A stretch of 64,000 nt of DNA from Clostridia bacterium (GCA_017623595.1 JAGAOU010000039.1:6538-70537); one strand, 5' to 3'; counted from the first letter of the stretch, positions 8,504 to 17,058 are shown. Made by a program: numbers and translations. The notes: generated by a model not told the origin, from the sequence alone.

Positions 8504-10282
8504 TTATTTCAGAAGCAGGGCTTCCAGATCGGTGAGGGCCTTGTCCATTTCCTTCATGGCGTTGTTGACCACAGAAGGATCAGTCATGTCGATGCCTGCG
8601 ATCTTCAGCTCGTTGATGGGATAGTCGCTACCGCCGGTGGAGAGGAATTCCAGATAAGCGGAGGCGTCTCCCGTCTCCAGAATGTTGCGGACAATGGAGA
8701 CCGATGCACAGAAGGCGGTGGCATACTGATAGACGTAGAAGGCACGGTAGAAGTGGGGAATACGGGACCATTCGATATCCTGCAGCTCGTCTACCACTGC
8801 GCCGTTGTAGTACAGCTCATTGAGCTCGCGGTAGATCTTGTTCAGGGTGTCGGCCGTGAGGGGAACGCCCTGCTGGTTCAGATCGTGGGCCTTGCGCTCG
8901 AATTCCGCAAAGAGGGTCTGACGGAAGACGGTGGTGCGGAATCCTTCCAGGAAGTGGTTGAGGATATAGGCCTTCTTCGTGGGATCGGTTTCGGTTGCAA
9001 GGAAGTAGCGGGTCATCAGAACTTCGTTGACTGTGGATGCAACCTCTGCCACAAAAATTCTGTAGTCGTGGTTTGCGTAGTCCTGCTTTTCGGAGGAGAA
9101 GTAGGAGTGCATTGCATGTCCCAATTCATGGGCAAGGGTAAAGGCATCGTCAAAGGTGTCGGTGAAGTTCAGCAACACATAGGGGTGAACGCCGTAAACA
9201 CCGCTGGAATATGCACCTGTGGTTTTGCCCTTGGTTTCGTAGACGTCAATCCAACGCTCGTTGTAGGCGCGATCCAGAAGATCCAGATATTTCTGTCCCA
9301 GAGGTGCGCAGGCCTTCTTGACCATCTCCTTGGCTTCCTCGTAGGTTACCTCCGCATTGCATTCGGGAACGATGGGGCAATACAGATCATACATATGAAG
9401 CTCGTCCAGCTTCAGCACCTTTTTGCGCAGTTCCAGATACCGTTTCATGACAGGAAGTGCGTTGTGGAGAGAATTGACCAGATTATCGTACACAGAAACG
9501 GGTACATTAGAGGAGAAGAGGGCGCGGTGGCATGCGCTTTCGTGATTGCGGACCTTCGTGTAATAGTTGTCAAACTTCACGGAGTTGCCGTAAATGGCAG
9601 CAATGGTGTTGTTGTATTTCTTGAATTCTCCGAAGTATTTCTCAAAGGCTTCCTTGCGAACTCTGCGATCGTTGCTTTCACGGAAGGCACCGAAGGAGCC
9701 GTGGGAAAGCTGAACCTCTTCGCCCTTTTCGTTTTGAATGGTGGGGAAGGACATGTCTACGCTTTCAAACATGTCAAAGGGCTCGTCGGCGGAAGAGGAG
9801 ACCTCGCCCAACAGAGCCAGCATCTTTTCCTTTTCCTCGTCCAGTGTGTGGGGACGGGCGCGGGCAATGTCTTCCACAATATGCTTATAGCCTGCCAGAA
9901 TGGGGTCCTGCAGGTATCCCGCAAGCAGTTCTCCGTCCATGGCAAGAATTTCGGGCTCCAGGAAGGAAGCGGCGGCCGACATCTGGGTGTACAGAATCAT
10001 GGCTTTTCCGCTCATTTGCTGGGAGGTGGCGTCTCCGTTGTCCAGGCTCTTGCGCAGGAAGGTGTAGGAATAAACCCGTTCCAGCTTCTGCATGGCACCG
10101 TACAGGGTGTCCAGCCCCTGCTTCAGGGCGGCGGCGGATTGGCTCAGCGTCCCCTTGATGGCAGGAATGGTCTGCACGGCGGCAACGGCGTCGTTGTAGG
10201 CTTCTTCCCATGCGGCGTCGCTTTCGAAGATCTGGGTCAGGTCCCAGGTAAGCTCTTTTGCGATTTCTTTTCTTTCTTTCAT
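8504..10282 (-). CDS. pepF: oligoendopeptidase F (M3B metallopeptidase)
   Basis: HELGHAMH zinc motif and an overall PepF-like sequence. The start is trimmed to ATG 10282 (MKERKEIAKELTWDL...), preceded by RBS AAGGAGGA. The ORF-track start 10342 lies upstream of the -10 element. Confidence 0.92.
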   Translation of the reverse strand: MKERKEIAKELTWDLTQIFESDAAWEEAYNDAVAAVQTIPAIKGTLSQSAAALKQGLDTLYGAMQKLERVYSYTFLRKSLDNGDATSQQMSGKAMILYTQMSAAASFLEPEILAMDGELLAGYLQDPILAGYKHIVEDIARARPHTLDEEKEKMLALLGEVSSSADEPFDMFESVDMSFPTIQNEKGEEVQLSHGSFGAFRESNDRRVRKEAFEKYFGEFKKYNNTIAAIYGNSVKFDNYYTKVRNHESACHRALFSSNVPVSVYDNLVNSLHNALPVMKRYLELRKKVLKLDELHMYDLYCPIVPECNAEVTYEEAKEMVKKACAPLGQKYLDLLDRAYNERWIDVYETKGKTTGAYSSGVYGVHPYVLLNFTDTFDDAFTLAHELGHAMHSYFSSEKQDYANHDYRIFVAEVASTVNEVLMTRYFLATETDPTKKAYILNHFLEGFRTTVFRQTLFAEFERKAHDLNQQGVPLTADTLNKIYRELNELYYNGAVVDELQDIEWSRIPHFYRAFYVYQYATAFCASVSIVRNILETGDASAYLEFLSTGGSDYPINELKIAGIDMTDPSVVNNAMKEMDKALTDLEALLLK

Positions 10283-10332
10283 ATTATATATCCTCCTTGG
10301 GTGAGTTTCCCCTTCGGTTTTACTGTGACTAT

Positions 10333-10361
10333 ATCTTACCACACCCGAAGGGATTTGTCAA
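10333..10361 (-). promoter_or_regulatory. SigA-type promoter of pepF
   Basis: -35 TTGACA (10361..10356), 17-bp spacer, extended -10 TGgTAAGAT (-10 at 10338..10333). Confidence 0.55.
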
Positions 10362-10522
10362 GGATTGCGATAAAAAGTTCGTTTCTCGTTTGGAAAATAT
10401 GCGCTTTTTCCCTACCTGTAGTGTCCGTTTTGAGAAATAACTTTTGTTATTTTTTCCTTCTTTTCGCAAAAAATCCCATAATATCAACGAAAAATTACCA
10501 TTGTATAAAAATACGGACACAA

Positions 10523-10538
10523 ACACCATATATAGTGT
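10523..10538 (+). promoter_or_regulatory. NrdR box 1
   Basis: ACACCATATATAGTGT is a near-perfect 16-bp palindrome matching the NrdR operator consensus (acaCwAtATaTwgtgt). Confidence 0.8.
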
Positions 10539-10554
10539 TGAGTTCAAAAGAAAG

Positions 10555-10570
10555 ACACAATATATTGAGA
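10555..10570 (+). promoter_or_regulatory. NrdR box 2
   Basis: ACACAATATATTGAGA has a conserved 5' half and AT core and a degenerate 3' end. It starts 32 bp after box 1 (about 3 helical turns), the typical tandem arrangement. Confidence 0.65.
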
Positions 10571-10578
10571 ATACCCCC

Positions 10579-10607
10579 TTGACATCCGAAGCGAAATGTG
10601 CTATACT
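10579..10607 (+). promoter_or_regulatory. SigA-type promoter of nrdG-nrdD-trxB
   Basis: -35 TTGACA (10579..10584), 17-bp spacer, extended -10 TGcTATACT (-10 at 10602..10607). It sits 9 bp downstream of NrdR box 2. Confidence 0.7.
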
Positions 10608-10640
10608 GTATGCGTACCGCCGAAAGAGAGGAGTGAGCCT

Positions 10641-11327
10641 GTGGACTTTTGCGGATTTCAAAAACTGACCCTGTTGGACTATCCGGGCCGTATGGCCGCA
10701 ACCCTGTTTACCGGTGGGTGCAATCTGCGCTGTCCCTTCTGCCATAACGGCGGGCTGGTCCTTTCCCCCGAGAGCCTTTATTCCGAGGATGAGGTGTTGA
10801 CCTTCCTTGCCTCCCGCAAAGGCCTTTTGGACGGCGTCTGTGTTACGGGTGGGGAGCCCCTGCTTCAGCCTGAGTTGGGAGAATTCCTTTCCAAGGTGAA
10901 GGATTTGGGGATGTCGGTCAAGCTTGACACCAACGGCACGCTCCCGAACCGTCTGAAGGAATTGGTTTCCCGCGGACTTGTGGACTACATCGCCATGGAT
11001 GTGAAAAACTGCCCCGAAAAATATGCCGAAACCACCGGCCTTCCCTCCGTCGATCTTTCCCGTATCAATGAAAGTATTTCCTTTACAATGGAAGGGAAGA
11101 CCGAATACGAGTTCCGTACCACCGTCGTGCGTGAGCTTCACACCGAGGATGATATTGCCAAGTTGGCCCAATGGATCGCAGGAGCGCAAAAGTACGCATT
11201 GCAGTCCTTCGTCGATTCCGGATCTCTTCTGTCCGACGGGCTGACGGCATGGGACAAAGAGACTATGTACCGCATGGCGGACATTGCCCGCAAATCTGTC
11301 CCCAATACCGAGGTGCGGGGCATCTGA
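10641..11327 (+). CDS. nrdG: anaerobic ribonucleoside-triphosphate reductase activating protein (radical SAM)
   Basis: CNLRCPFCHN radical-SAM cluster motif. The start is moved to GTG 10641 (RBS AGAGGAG 7 nt upstream), because the ORF-track ATG 10596 lies inside the promoter spacer. Confidence 0.9.
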   Translation: MDFCGFQKLTLLDYPGRMAATLFTGGCNLRCPFCHNGGLVLSPESLYSEDEVLTFLASRKGLLDGVCVTGGEPLLQPELGEFLSKVKDLGMSVKLDTNGTLPNRLKELVSRGLVDYIAMDVKNCPEKYAETTGLPSVDLSRINESISFTMEGKTEYEFRTTVVRELHTEDDIAKLAQWIAGAQKYALQSFVDSGSLLSDGLTAWDKETMYRMADIARKSVPNTEVRGI

Positions 11328-11371
11328 AATGTAAATAAAAAACAATCGATATATAAAAAAGGAGAAACACT

Positions 11372-13744
11372 ATGTACCATGTAGTAAAAAGAGGCGGCTC
11401 TGTTGTCAGCTTTGACGTTCGCAAGATCTGTGATGCGATCCAGAAGGCCTTTGACGCCACCGGCAAAAACTATCATCCTTCCACCATCGACTTTTTGGGT
11501 CTGAAGGTTACGGCCGATTTCGAGCCGAAGATCAAAGACGATGTGATCGCCGTAGAAGATATTCAGGACAGCGTGGAATCGGTTCTGATTCAGGCGGGCT
11601 ATTCCGATGTCGCCAAGGCCTACATTCTCTATCGCCGTCAGCGGGAAAAGCTCCGCGCTATCGGCGCTACCGCTCTGGACTATAAAGAAACGGTCAACGG
11701 CTATCTGGGCGGCTCCGACTGGCGCGTGAAGGAGAACTCCACCGTTACCTACTCTGTCGGTGGTCTGATCCTCAGCAACTCCGGTGCCATCACCGCGAAC
11801 TATTGGCTTTCCGAGATCTATGATGACGAGATCTCCAATGCACACCGTAACGGCGATATTCATCTTCATGACCTTTCCATGCTCACCGGTTACTGTGCCG
11901 GTTGGTCCCTCAAGCAGCTGATTCAGGAAGGTCTCGGCGGTGTTCCCGGTAAGATCACCTCTGCTCCCGCAAGCCACCTTTCCACCCTCTGCAATCAGAT
12001 GGTAAACTTCCTGGGTATCATGCAGAACGAATGGGCCGGCGCTCAGGCTTTCTCTTCTTTTGACACCTATCTTGCTCCCTTTGTCAAGATCGATAATCTG
12101 TCTCAGCGTGAAGTCAAGCAGTGCATCCAGTCCTTCATTTACGGTGTGAACACCCCCAGCCGCTGGGGTACTCAGGCACCCTTCTCCAACATTACTTTGG
12201 ACTGGGTCTGCCCCCCCGACCTGAAGGATCAGCCTGCCATCGTCGGCGGTAAGGAAATGGACTTCACCTACGGCGACTGCAAGAAGGAGATGGATATGGT
12301 CAACAAGGCCTTCATCGAAATCATGATCGAAGGCGATGCCAACGGCCGCGGATTCCAGTATCCCATCCCCACCTATTCCATCACCCGCGACTTCGACTGG
12401 AGCGAAACCGAAAACAACAAACTCCTCTTCGAAATGACCGCAAAATACGGGACTCCCTATTTCTCCAACTATATCAACTCCGACATGGAACCCAGCGACG
12501 TTCGCTCCATGTGTTGCCGTCTCCGTCTTGACCTGCGTGAACTGCGCAAGAAGTCCGGCGGCTTCTTCGGCAGCGGTGAATCCACCGGCTCCATCGGCGT
12601 TGTTACCATCAATCTGCCCCGCATTGCTTACCTTGCGGACAACGAAGCAGACTTCTACGCTCGTCTCGATCGGTTGATGGATGTTGCCGCCCGCAGTCTG
12701 AAGACCAAGCGTGAGGTTATCACCAAGCTGATGGAGAACGGACTGTATCCCTATACCAAGCGTTATCTGGGAACCTTCGCCAACCACTTCTCCACCATCG
12801 GTCTGATCGGTATGAACGAAGTCGGTTTGAACGCAAACTGGCTCCGTGCAGACCTCACCCATGACATTACCCAGCAGTTTGCTAAGGACGTGCTGAATCA
12901 TATGCGGGAACGTCTGTCCGACTATCAGGAAAAGTACGGCGACCTGTACAACCTGGAAGCTACTCCCGCCGAATCCACTACCTATCGCTTTGCCAAGCAC
13001 GATAAGAAGCACTATCCCAACATCATCACCGCCAATGAAAACGGTACTCCTTATTACACCAACTCTTCCCACCTGCCTGTGGGCTACACCGCAGACGTGT
13101 TCACCGCTTTGAGCATGCAGGATGAGCTTCACACCCTCTACACCTCCGGTACCGTGTTCCACGCTTATCTGGGTGAAAAGCTGCCCGACTGGAAGGCTGC
13201 CGCTTCTCTCGTTCGCAAGATCGCCGAGAACTTCAAGCTGCCCTACTATTCCATCAGCCCCACCTATTCCGTATGCCCCACCCACGGTTATATCACCGGC
13301 GAGCACTTCTCCTGCCCCGAATGCGGACATGAGACCGAGGTTTACAGCCGTATCACCGGTTACTACCGTCCCGTCAAGCACTGGAATGACGGTAAGAGCC
13401 AGGAATACAAGGACCGTAAGGTATACGATGTGGCAACCTCCGTGCTGAAAACCTCTGTGAAAGAGACTCCCTGCAGCTGTGAAGATGCTTGTCAGGTCGC
13501 TCCTCAGACCGCAGAAGCAAAGGTTCTGCTCTTCAGCCGTGTGACCTGCCCCAATTGCCGTGTGGCTGAAACCATGCTGGCAAAAGCAGGTGTGGCTTAT
13601 GAGAAACTGATTGCAGACGAACATCTGGATCTTTGCCAGAAGTATGGAATCAAGGGCGCTCCCACCCTGGTTGTGGATGACGGCACCCACTTTGCCACCT
13701 ATTACTCCGTGCAGGAAATCAAGAAGTTTATCGCTTCTCTGTAA
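11372..13744 (+). CDS. nrdD: anaerobic (class III) ribonucleoside-triphosphate reductase with an N-terminal ATP-cone and a C-terminal fused thioredoxin-fold domain
   Basis: RBS AAGGAGA. ATP-cone (MYHVVKRGGSVVSFDVRKICDAIQKAF...), Zn-ribbon CPTH...CPECG, glycyl-radical motif SRITGYYRPV, then a linker and a CPNC redoxin module. Confidence 0.95.
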   Translation: MYHVVKRGGSVVSFDVRKICDAIQKAFDATGKNYHPSTIDFLGLKVTADFEPKIKDDVIAVEDIQDSVESVLIQAGYSDVAKAYILYRRQREKLRAIGATALDYKETVNGYLGGSDWRVKENSTVTYSVGGLILSNSGAITANYWLSEIYDDEISNAHRNGDIHLHDLSMLTGYCAGWSLKQLIQEGLGGVPGKITSAPASHLSTLCNQMVNFLGIMQNEWAGAQAFSSFDTYLAPFVKIDNLSQREVKQCIQSFIYGVNTPSRWGTQAPFSNITLDWVCPPDLKDQPAIVGGKEMDFTYGDCKKEMDMVNKAFIEIMIEGDANGRGFQYPIPTYSITRDFDWSETENNKLLFEMTAKYGTPYFSNYINSDMEPSDVRSMCCRLRLDLRELRKKSGGFFGSGESTGSIGVVTINLPRIAYLADNEADFYARLDRLMDVAARSLKTKREVITKLMENGLYPYTKRYLGTFANHFSTIGLIGMNEVGLNANWLRADLTHDITQQFAKDVLNHMRERLSDYQEKYGDLYNLEATPAESTTYRFAKHDKKHYPNIITANENGTPYYTNSSHLPVGYTADVFTALSMQDELHTLYTSGTVFHAYLGEKLPDWKAAASLVRKIAENFKLPYYSISPTYSVCPTHGYITGEHFSCPECGHETEVYSRITGYYRPVKHWNDGKSQEYKDRKVYDVATSVLKTSVKETPCSCEDACQVAPQTAEAKVLLFSRVTCPNCRVAETMLAKAGVAYEKLIADEHLDLCQKYGIKGAPTLVVDDGTHFATYYSVQEIKKFIASL
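13523..13741 (+). other. C-terminal glutaredoxin/NrdH/thioredoxin-like domain of NrdD (73 aa)
   Basis: VLLFSRVTCPNCRVAETMLAKAGVAYEKLIADEHLDLCQKYGIKGAPTLVVDDG...: a beta-strand leads into a CPxC dithiol, and a GAPT cis-Pro loop precedes a beta-strand, which is the thioredoxin-fold pattern. Confidence 0.75.
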
Positions 13745-13768
13745 TTCTGACGAGACGGAGACGATATT

Positions 13769-14680
13769 ATGCATGATATTATCATCGTCGGCGGGGGCCC
13801 TGCGGGGCTCACCGCCGCCGTCTACGCTTTGCGGGGCGGAAAGAGCACTCTCGTAATTGAAAAAAGCGGATTCGGAGGGCAGATTGCCTTTTCTCCCAAG
13901 GTGGAGAACATTCCGGGAACCCAAAGCATCAGCGGTGCGGAATTTGCCGATAAGCTCACCGAGCAGGCCATGGCCCTCGGCGCGGATGTGGAATTGGAAA
14001 CGGTTGTCAGTGCGGAGATTGATGGTCCTGTCAAAAAGGTATACACCGAAGAGGGAAACGTCTTTGAGGGAAGAGCTCTGATTCTTGCCACCGGCGTGAA
14101 GCACCGTATGCTGGGGCTGGAAGGGGAGACCGATCTGATTGGAAACGGTATTTCCTTCTGTGCGGTCTGCGATGGCGCCTTTTATGCGGGACAGGATGTG
14201 GTCATGGTCGGAGGCGGCAATTCCGCCTTGCAGGAGGCCCTTTTGCTCAGTGAGGTCTGCCGCAGTGTTACCGTGGTACAGAATCTCCCTGTCTTTACGG
14301 GAGAAAAGACCTTGGCTGATGCGCTTTTTGCCAAGGAAAACGTCAAGGTTCGTTTCTCTACGTTGGTTGTCGGATACCTTCAGCAGGATGGCCGTCTGAC
14401 AGGGCTTCGTTTGCGGGACGAAGCGGGGCAGGAATCCGAAATCGCCGCCGACGGCGTCTTTCTTGCCGTTGGTTTGGTGCCCGAAAACGAGGCATTTGCC
14501 TCTCTGGCCTCTCTGGATGAGCGGGGCTATTTCGATGCGGACGAATCCTGCAAGACCTCCACTCCCGGAGTTTTTGTGGCAGGGGATTGCCGCCGCAAGG
14601 CCATTCGTCAGGTGACCACTGCCGCCTGTGACGGCACCGTTGCCGCCACCGCCGCCGCGGATTATTTGAATTCACTGTAA
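13769..14680 (+). CDS. trxB: thioredoxin-disulfide reductase (low-Mr type)
   Basis: GGGPAG and GGGNSA dinucleotide motifs and the redox-active CAVCDG. It starts 25 nt after the nrdD stop, with RBS GGAGA. Confidence 0.92.
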   Translation: MHDIIIVGGGPAGLTAAVYALRGGKSTLVIEKSGFGGQIAFSPKVENIPGTQSISGAEFADKLTEQAMALGADVELETVVSAEIDGPVKKVYTEEGNVFEGRALILATGVKHRMLGLEGETDLIGNGISFCAVCDGAFYAGQDVVMVGGGNSALQEALLLSEVCRSVTVVQNLPVFTGEKTLADALFAKENVKVRFSTLVVGYLQQDGRLTGLRLRDEAGQESEIAADGVFLAVGLVPENEAFASLASLDERGYFDADESCKTSTPGVFVAGDCRRKAIRQVTTAACDGTVAATAAADYLNSL

Positions 14681-14718
14681 TTGTTCAAAAATAGTTCCTT
14701 TCTTTTTTAAGAAAAGTG

Positions 14719-14727
14719 TGCTATAAT
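14719..14727 (+). promoter_or_regulatory. Extended -10 promoter element upstream of fucO
   Basis: TGcTATAAT (14719..14727) with a weak -35. The ORF-track ATG 14726 lies inside it. Confidence 0.45.
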
Positions 14728-14743
14728 GATACTTAGAAAACAT

Positions 14744-14755
14744 GGGGAATTCCCC
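14744..14755 (+). promoter_or_regulatory. Perfect 12-bp palindrome GGGGAATTCCCC in the fucO leader (possible operator or 5'-UTR hairpin)
   Basis: It lies between the -10 (14722..14727) and the RBS (14764..14769). Function unknown. Confidence 0.3.
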
Positions 14756-14776
14756 AATAAAAAAGGAGAGAATGTT

Positions 14777-15922
14777 ATGAATCGTTTCATCCTCAATGAA
14801 ATTTCCTATCACGGCGCAGGCGCCATTGAAGCCGTCGCTACCGAAGCTATCGGCCGCGGCTTCAAAAAAGCTCTGGTTTGCTCCGACCCCGATCTGATCA
14901 AGTTCGGAGTTACCCAGAAGGTCCTCGATGTTCTGGATAAGAACGGTCTTGCTTATGAGATCTTCTCCGACATCAAACCCAATCCTACCATTGAAAACGT
15001 GCAGAACGGTGTTGCTGCTTATAAGGCTGCCGGCACCGATTATATCGTAGCCATCGGCGGCGGTTCTTCCATGGACACCGCAAAGGCTATCGGTATTATC
15101 ATCAATAACCCCGAATTCGCCGACGTTCGTTCTCTGGAAGGCGTTGCCGACACCAAGAACAAGTGCGTTCCCATCATCGCTGTTCCCACCACCGCAGGCA
15201 CCGCAGCCGAAGTTACCATTAACTACGTCATCACCGATGCGGAAAAGAACCGTAAGATGGTTTGCGTTGACCCCCACGATATTCCCGTGGTTGCCGTTGT
15301 CGATCCCGACATGATGGCTTCCATGCCCAAGGGCCTCACCGCCGCTACCGGTATGGACGCTCTGACCCACGCCATCGAAGGTTACATCACCGGAGGTGCT
15401 TGGGAACTGTCCGATATGTTCCACATTAAGGCCATCGAAATCATCGCCCGCTCTCTGCGCGGCGCTGTTGCCAACACCGCCGAAGGCCGTGCCGATATGG
15501 CGCTCGGTCAGTATGTTGCGGGCATGGGCTTCTCTAATGTTGGTCTGGGTATCGTTCACTCCATGGCTCATCCTTTGGGCGCTCTTTATGATACTCCCCA
15601 CGGCGTAGCAAATGCTATCATTCTTCCCACCGTTATGGAATACAACGCTGAAGCCACCGGTGAAAAGTACCGTGATATCGCCCGCGCTATGGGCGTTGCA
15701 GGTACCGACGCCATGACCATCGAAGAAGCTCGCAAGGCTGCTGTGGATGCAGTCCGCAAGCTTTCCTCCGATGTTGGTATCCCCGCCGACCTGAAGGATA
15801 TTGTCAAGCGCGAAGATCTGGACTTCCTTGCTCAGTCCGCCTTTGACGATGCCTGCCGTCCCGGTAACCCCAGAGCCACTTCCGTGGAAGAAATCAAGGC
15901 TCTCTACGAATCTCTCCTGTAA
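14777..15922 (+). CDS. fucO: lactaldehyde reductase / L-1,2-propanediol oxidoreductase (iron-containing alcohol dehydrogenase)
   Basis: Long stretches match E. coli FucO as I recall it (NNPEFADVRSLEG, PTTAGTAAEVTINYVITD, VCVDPHDIP, DALTHAIEGYIT, GQYVAGMGFSNVGLG, TPHGVANAI, GEKYRDIAR). Start ATG 14777 follows RBS AAGGAGA. Confidence 0.88.
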   Translation: MNRFILNEISYHGAGAIEAVATEAIGRGFKKALVCSDPDLIKFGVTQKVLDVLDKNGLAYEIFSDIKPNPTIENVQNGVAAYKAAGTDYIVAIGGGSSMDTAKAIGIIINNPEFADVRSLEGVADTKNKCVPIIAVPTTAGTAAEVTINYVITDAEKNRKMVCVDPHDIPVVAVVDPDMMASMPKGLTAATGMDALTHAIEGYITGGAWELSDMFHIKAIEIIARSLRGAVANTAEGRADMALGQYVAGMGFSNVGLGIVHSMAHPLGALYDTPHGVANAIILPTVMEYNAEATGEKYRDIARAMGVAGTDAMTIEEARKAAVDAVRKLSSDVGIPADLKDIVKREDLDFLAQSAFDDACRPGNPRATSVEEIKALYESLL

Positions 15923-15943
15923 TCTTATTCCTTCCCATACGAC

Positions 15944-15971
15944 AAACGCCGCAGATTATTCTGCGGCGTTT
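15944..15971. terminator. Intrinsic terminator between the convergent fucO and WYL-regulator genes
   Basis: 12-bp perfect stem AAACGCCGCAGA / TCTGCGGCGTTT, TTAT loop, T-rich tail. Confidence 0.75.
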
Positions 15972-16016
15972 CGGTTTGTTGATAAAGATAAGGGGACGAG
16001 TACTGTTCTTTTTTTC

Positions 16017-16997
16017 TCAATATTGTTCCAAGGCTTTTGTAAGATGCTCCTTGAATTGATCAATGACCTCTTTGGGGCGTTCGATGCGGATTTCTTCTCC
16101 GAAGGAGGCGACCCACCCGAAAAACTGGGGAGACACGTTGATGTCCGCATGGAAGGTGAAGGTTCCGTTTTTATCGGGGAGCATCATGACCTCTTTTCCA
16201 AATCGGTCGATGACCACATCTGCCAGTCGATTGGCACATCGGAAGGTGACATGGGTGATGTTCCCGCCGAACATGCCGAACACGCCGCTGGAGTACTCGG
16301 AAATATTCACTCCGGTGAATTCTTCCCGCCCTTCCCGCACCTCTTCCGTTTCCGAAACACCCCGCATGCGATCCACGCGGTAATGGCGCAGCTGGCCGTT
16401 TTCTCGGTTGTAGGCCACCAAGTAATAGTATTCATCGTCCCACAAAAGCATCCAGGGGGAGACCTTATACTTCTTTCCGTTGTGGCGGGCGGCCTGCTCC
16501 TTTGCAGGGGTCCATCCCCAATATTGGAAGGAGATCTGCCGATTGTGCAGAATGGCGTTGTGGATGGTATCAATGGTGTAAATGGTGGTGTTGTTCATGG
16601 ATTTAATGCGATTTTTTACCGTCACCTGGCGTTGTAGCTCGCGCGCCCGATGTTCACTGGTCAGCCCCTTCAGTTTTCGGATCAGTTCGTCGCTTTTGGT
16701 TACCGACACAAAGCGGCTGGACTGCACCGCATCCACCAGCATTTTCAGTTCGGGCAGATCGAATTCCCGTTGCACCAAACGGTATCCCTTTGCCTTGTCA
16801 TGTTCAATCACCATGCCAAAGCTGTCCTGCAGCAGGGCAATGTCATCGTAGATGCTCTTACGCTCCGCAGAGATGCCGTAGCGGTTCAGCTCCCGAATCA
16901 GTTCTTCCGTGTTTAATCCGTGATCCTCGTCGGTTTTTTCTTGCAAAATGCGGATAAGACAGGGCAATTTCAGTTTTTGGTTGGTCGAACGAGGCAT
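16017..16997 (-). CDS. WYL-domain transcriptional regulator (N-terminal wHTH, central WYL, C-terminal extension)
   Basis: 326 aa, RBS AAGGAGAGG. The N-terminus LPCLIRILQEKTDEDHGLNTEELIRELNRYGISAERKSIYDDIALL is a YafY/PafBC-like HTH. The central ...GQLRHYRVDRM... is the WYL-domain signature. Confidence 0.8.
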   Translation of the reverse strand: MPRSTNQKLKLPCLIRILQEKTDEDHGLNTEELIRELNRYGISAERKSIYDDIALLQDSFGMVIEHDKAKGYRLVQREFDLPELKMLVDAVQSSRFVSVTKSDELIRKLKGLTSEHRARELQRQVTVKNRIKSMNNTTIYTIDTIHNAILHNRQISFQYWGWTPAKEQAARHNGKKYKVSPWMLLWDDEYYYLVAYNRENGQLRHYRVDRMRGVSETEEVREGREEFTGVNISEYSSGVFGMFGGNITHVTFRCANRLADVVIDRFGKEVMMLPDKNGTFTFHADINVSPQFFGWVASFGEEIRIERPKEVIDQFKEHLTKALEQY

Positions 16998-17013
16998 ATC
17001 GTCCTCTCCTTTG

Positions 17014-17047
17014 CAAAACTCCCCCGGTCAGAAGGTGATCGGGGGAG
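17014..17047 (-). terminator. Intrinsic terminator of ileS
   Basis: 8-bp GC stem CTCCCCCG (17019..17026) / CGGGGGAG (17040..17047), followed on the minus strand by TTTT (plus-strand A-run 17015..17018). Confidence 0.6.
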
Positions 17048-17058
17048 AAGTGTTTTAT

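Noticed and set aside
10310-10352. Inverted repeat CCCTTCGG...CCGAAGGG flanking the pepF -10 element as an operator
   Set aside because: The arms are only 8 bp with a 27-bp spacer. Only one arm would be transcribed. This is compatible with chance in GC-rich intergenic DNA. It is mentioned only as context in the nested-promoter finding.
10596-10640. ATG 10596 as the nrdG start
   Set aside because: It lies inside the spacer of the TTGACA-17-TATACT promoter, so it would not be on the transcript. GTG 10641 has a proper RBS.
11138-14104. 988-aa minus-strand ORF opposite nrdD/trxB
   Set aside because: It is a shadow ORF. nrdD and trxB on the plus strand carry unmistakable motifs. The long antisense frames arise because sense codons whose reverse complements are stop codons (TTA, CTA, TCA) are rare in this genome. 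The same holds for 10329..11345 and 14672..15601.
16017-16997. The WYL regulator as a marker of an adjacent anti-phage defence island
   Set aside because: The flanking genes are fucO and ileS, both housekeeping or metabolic. No nucleases, ATPases, methyltransferases or other defence-type genes lie within 10 kb.
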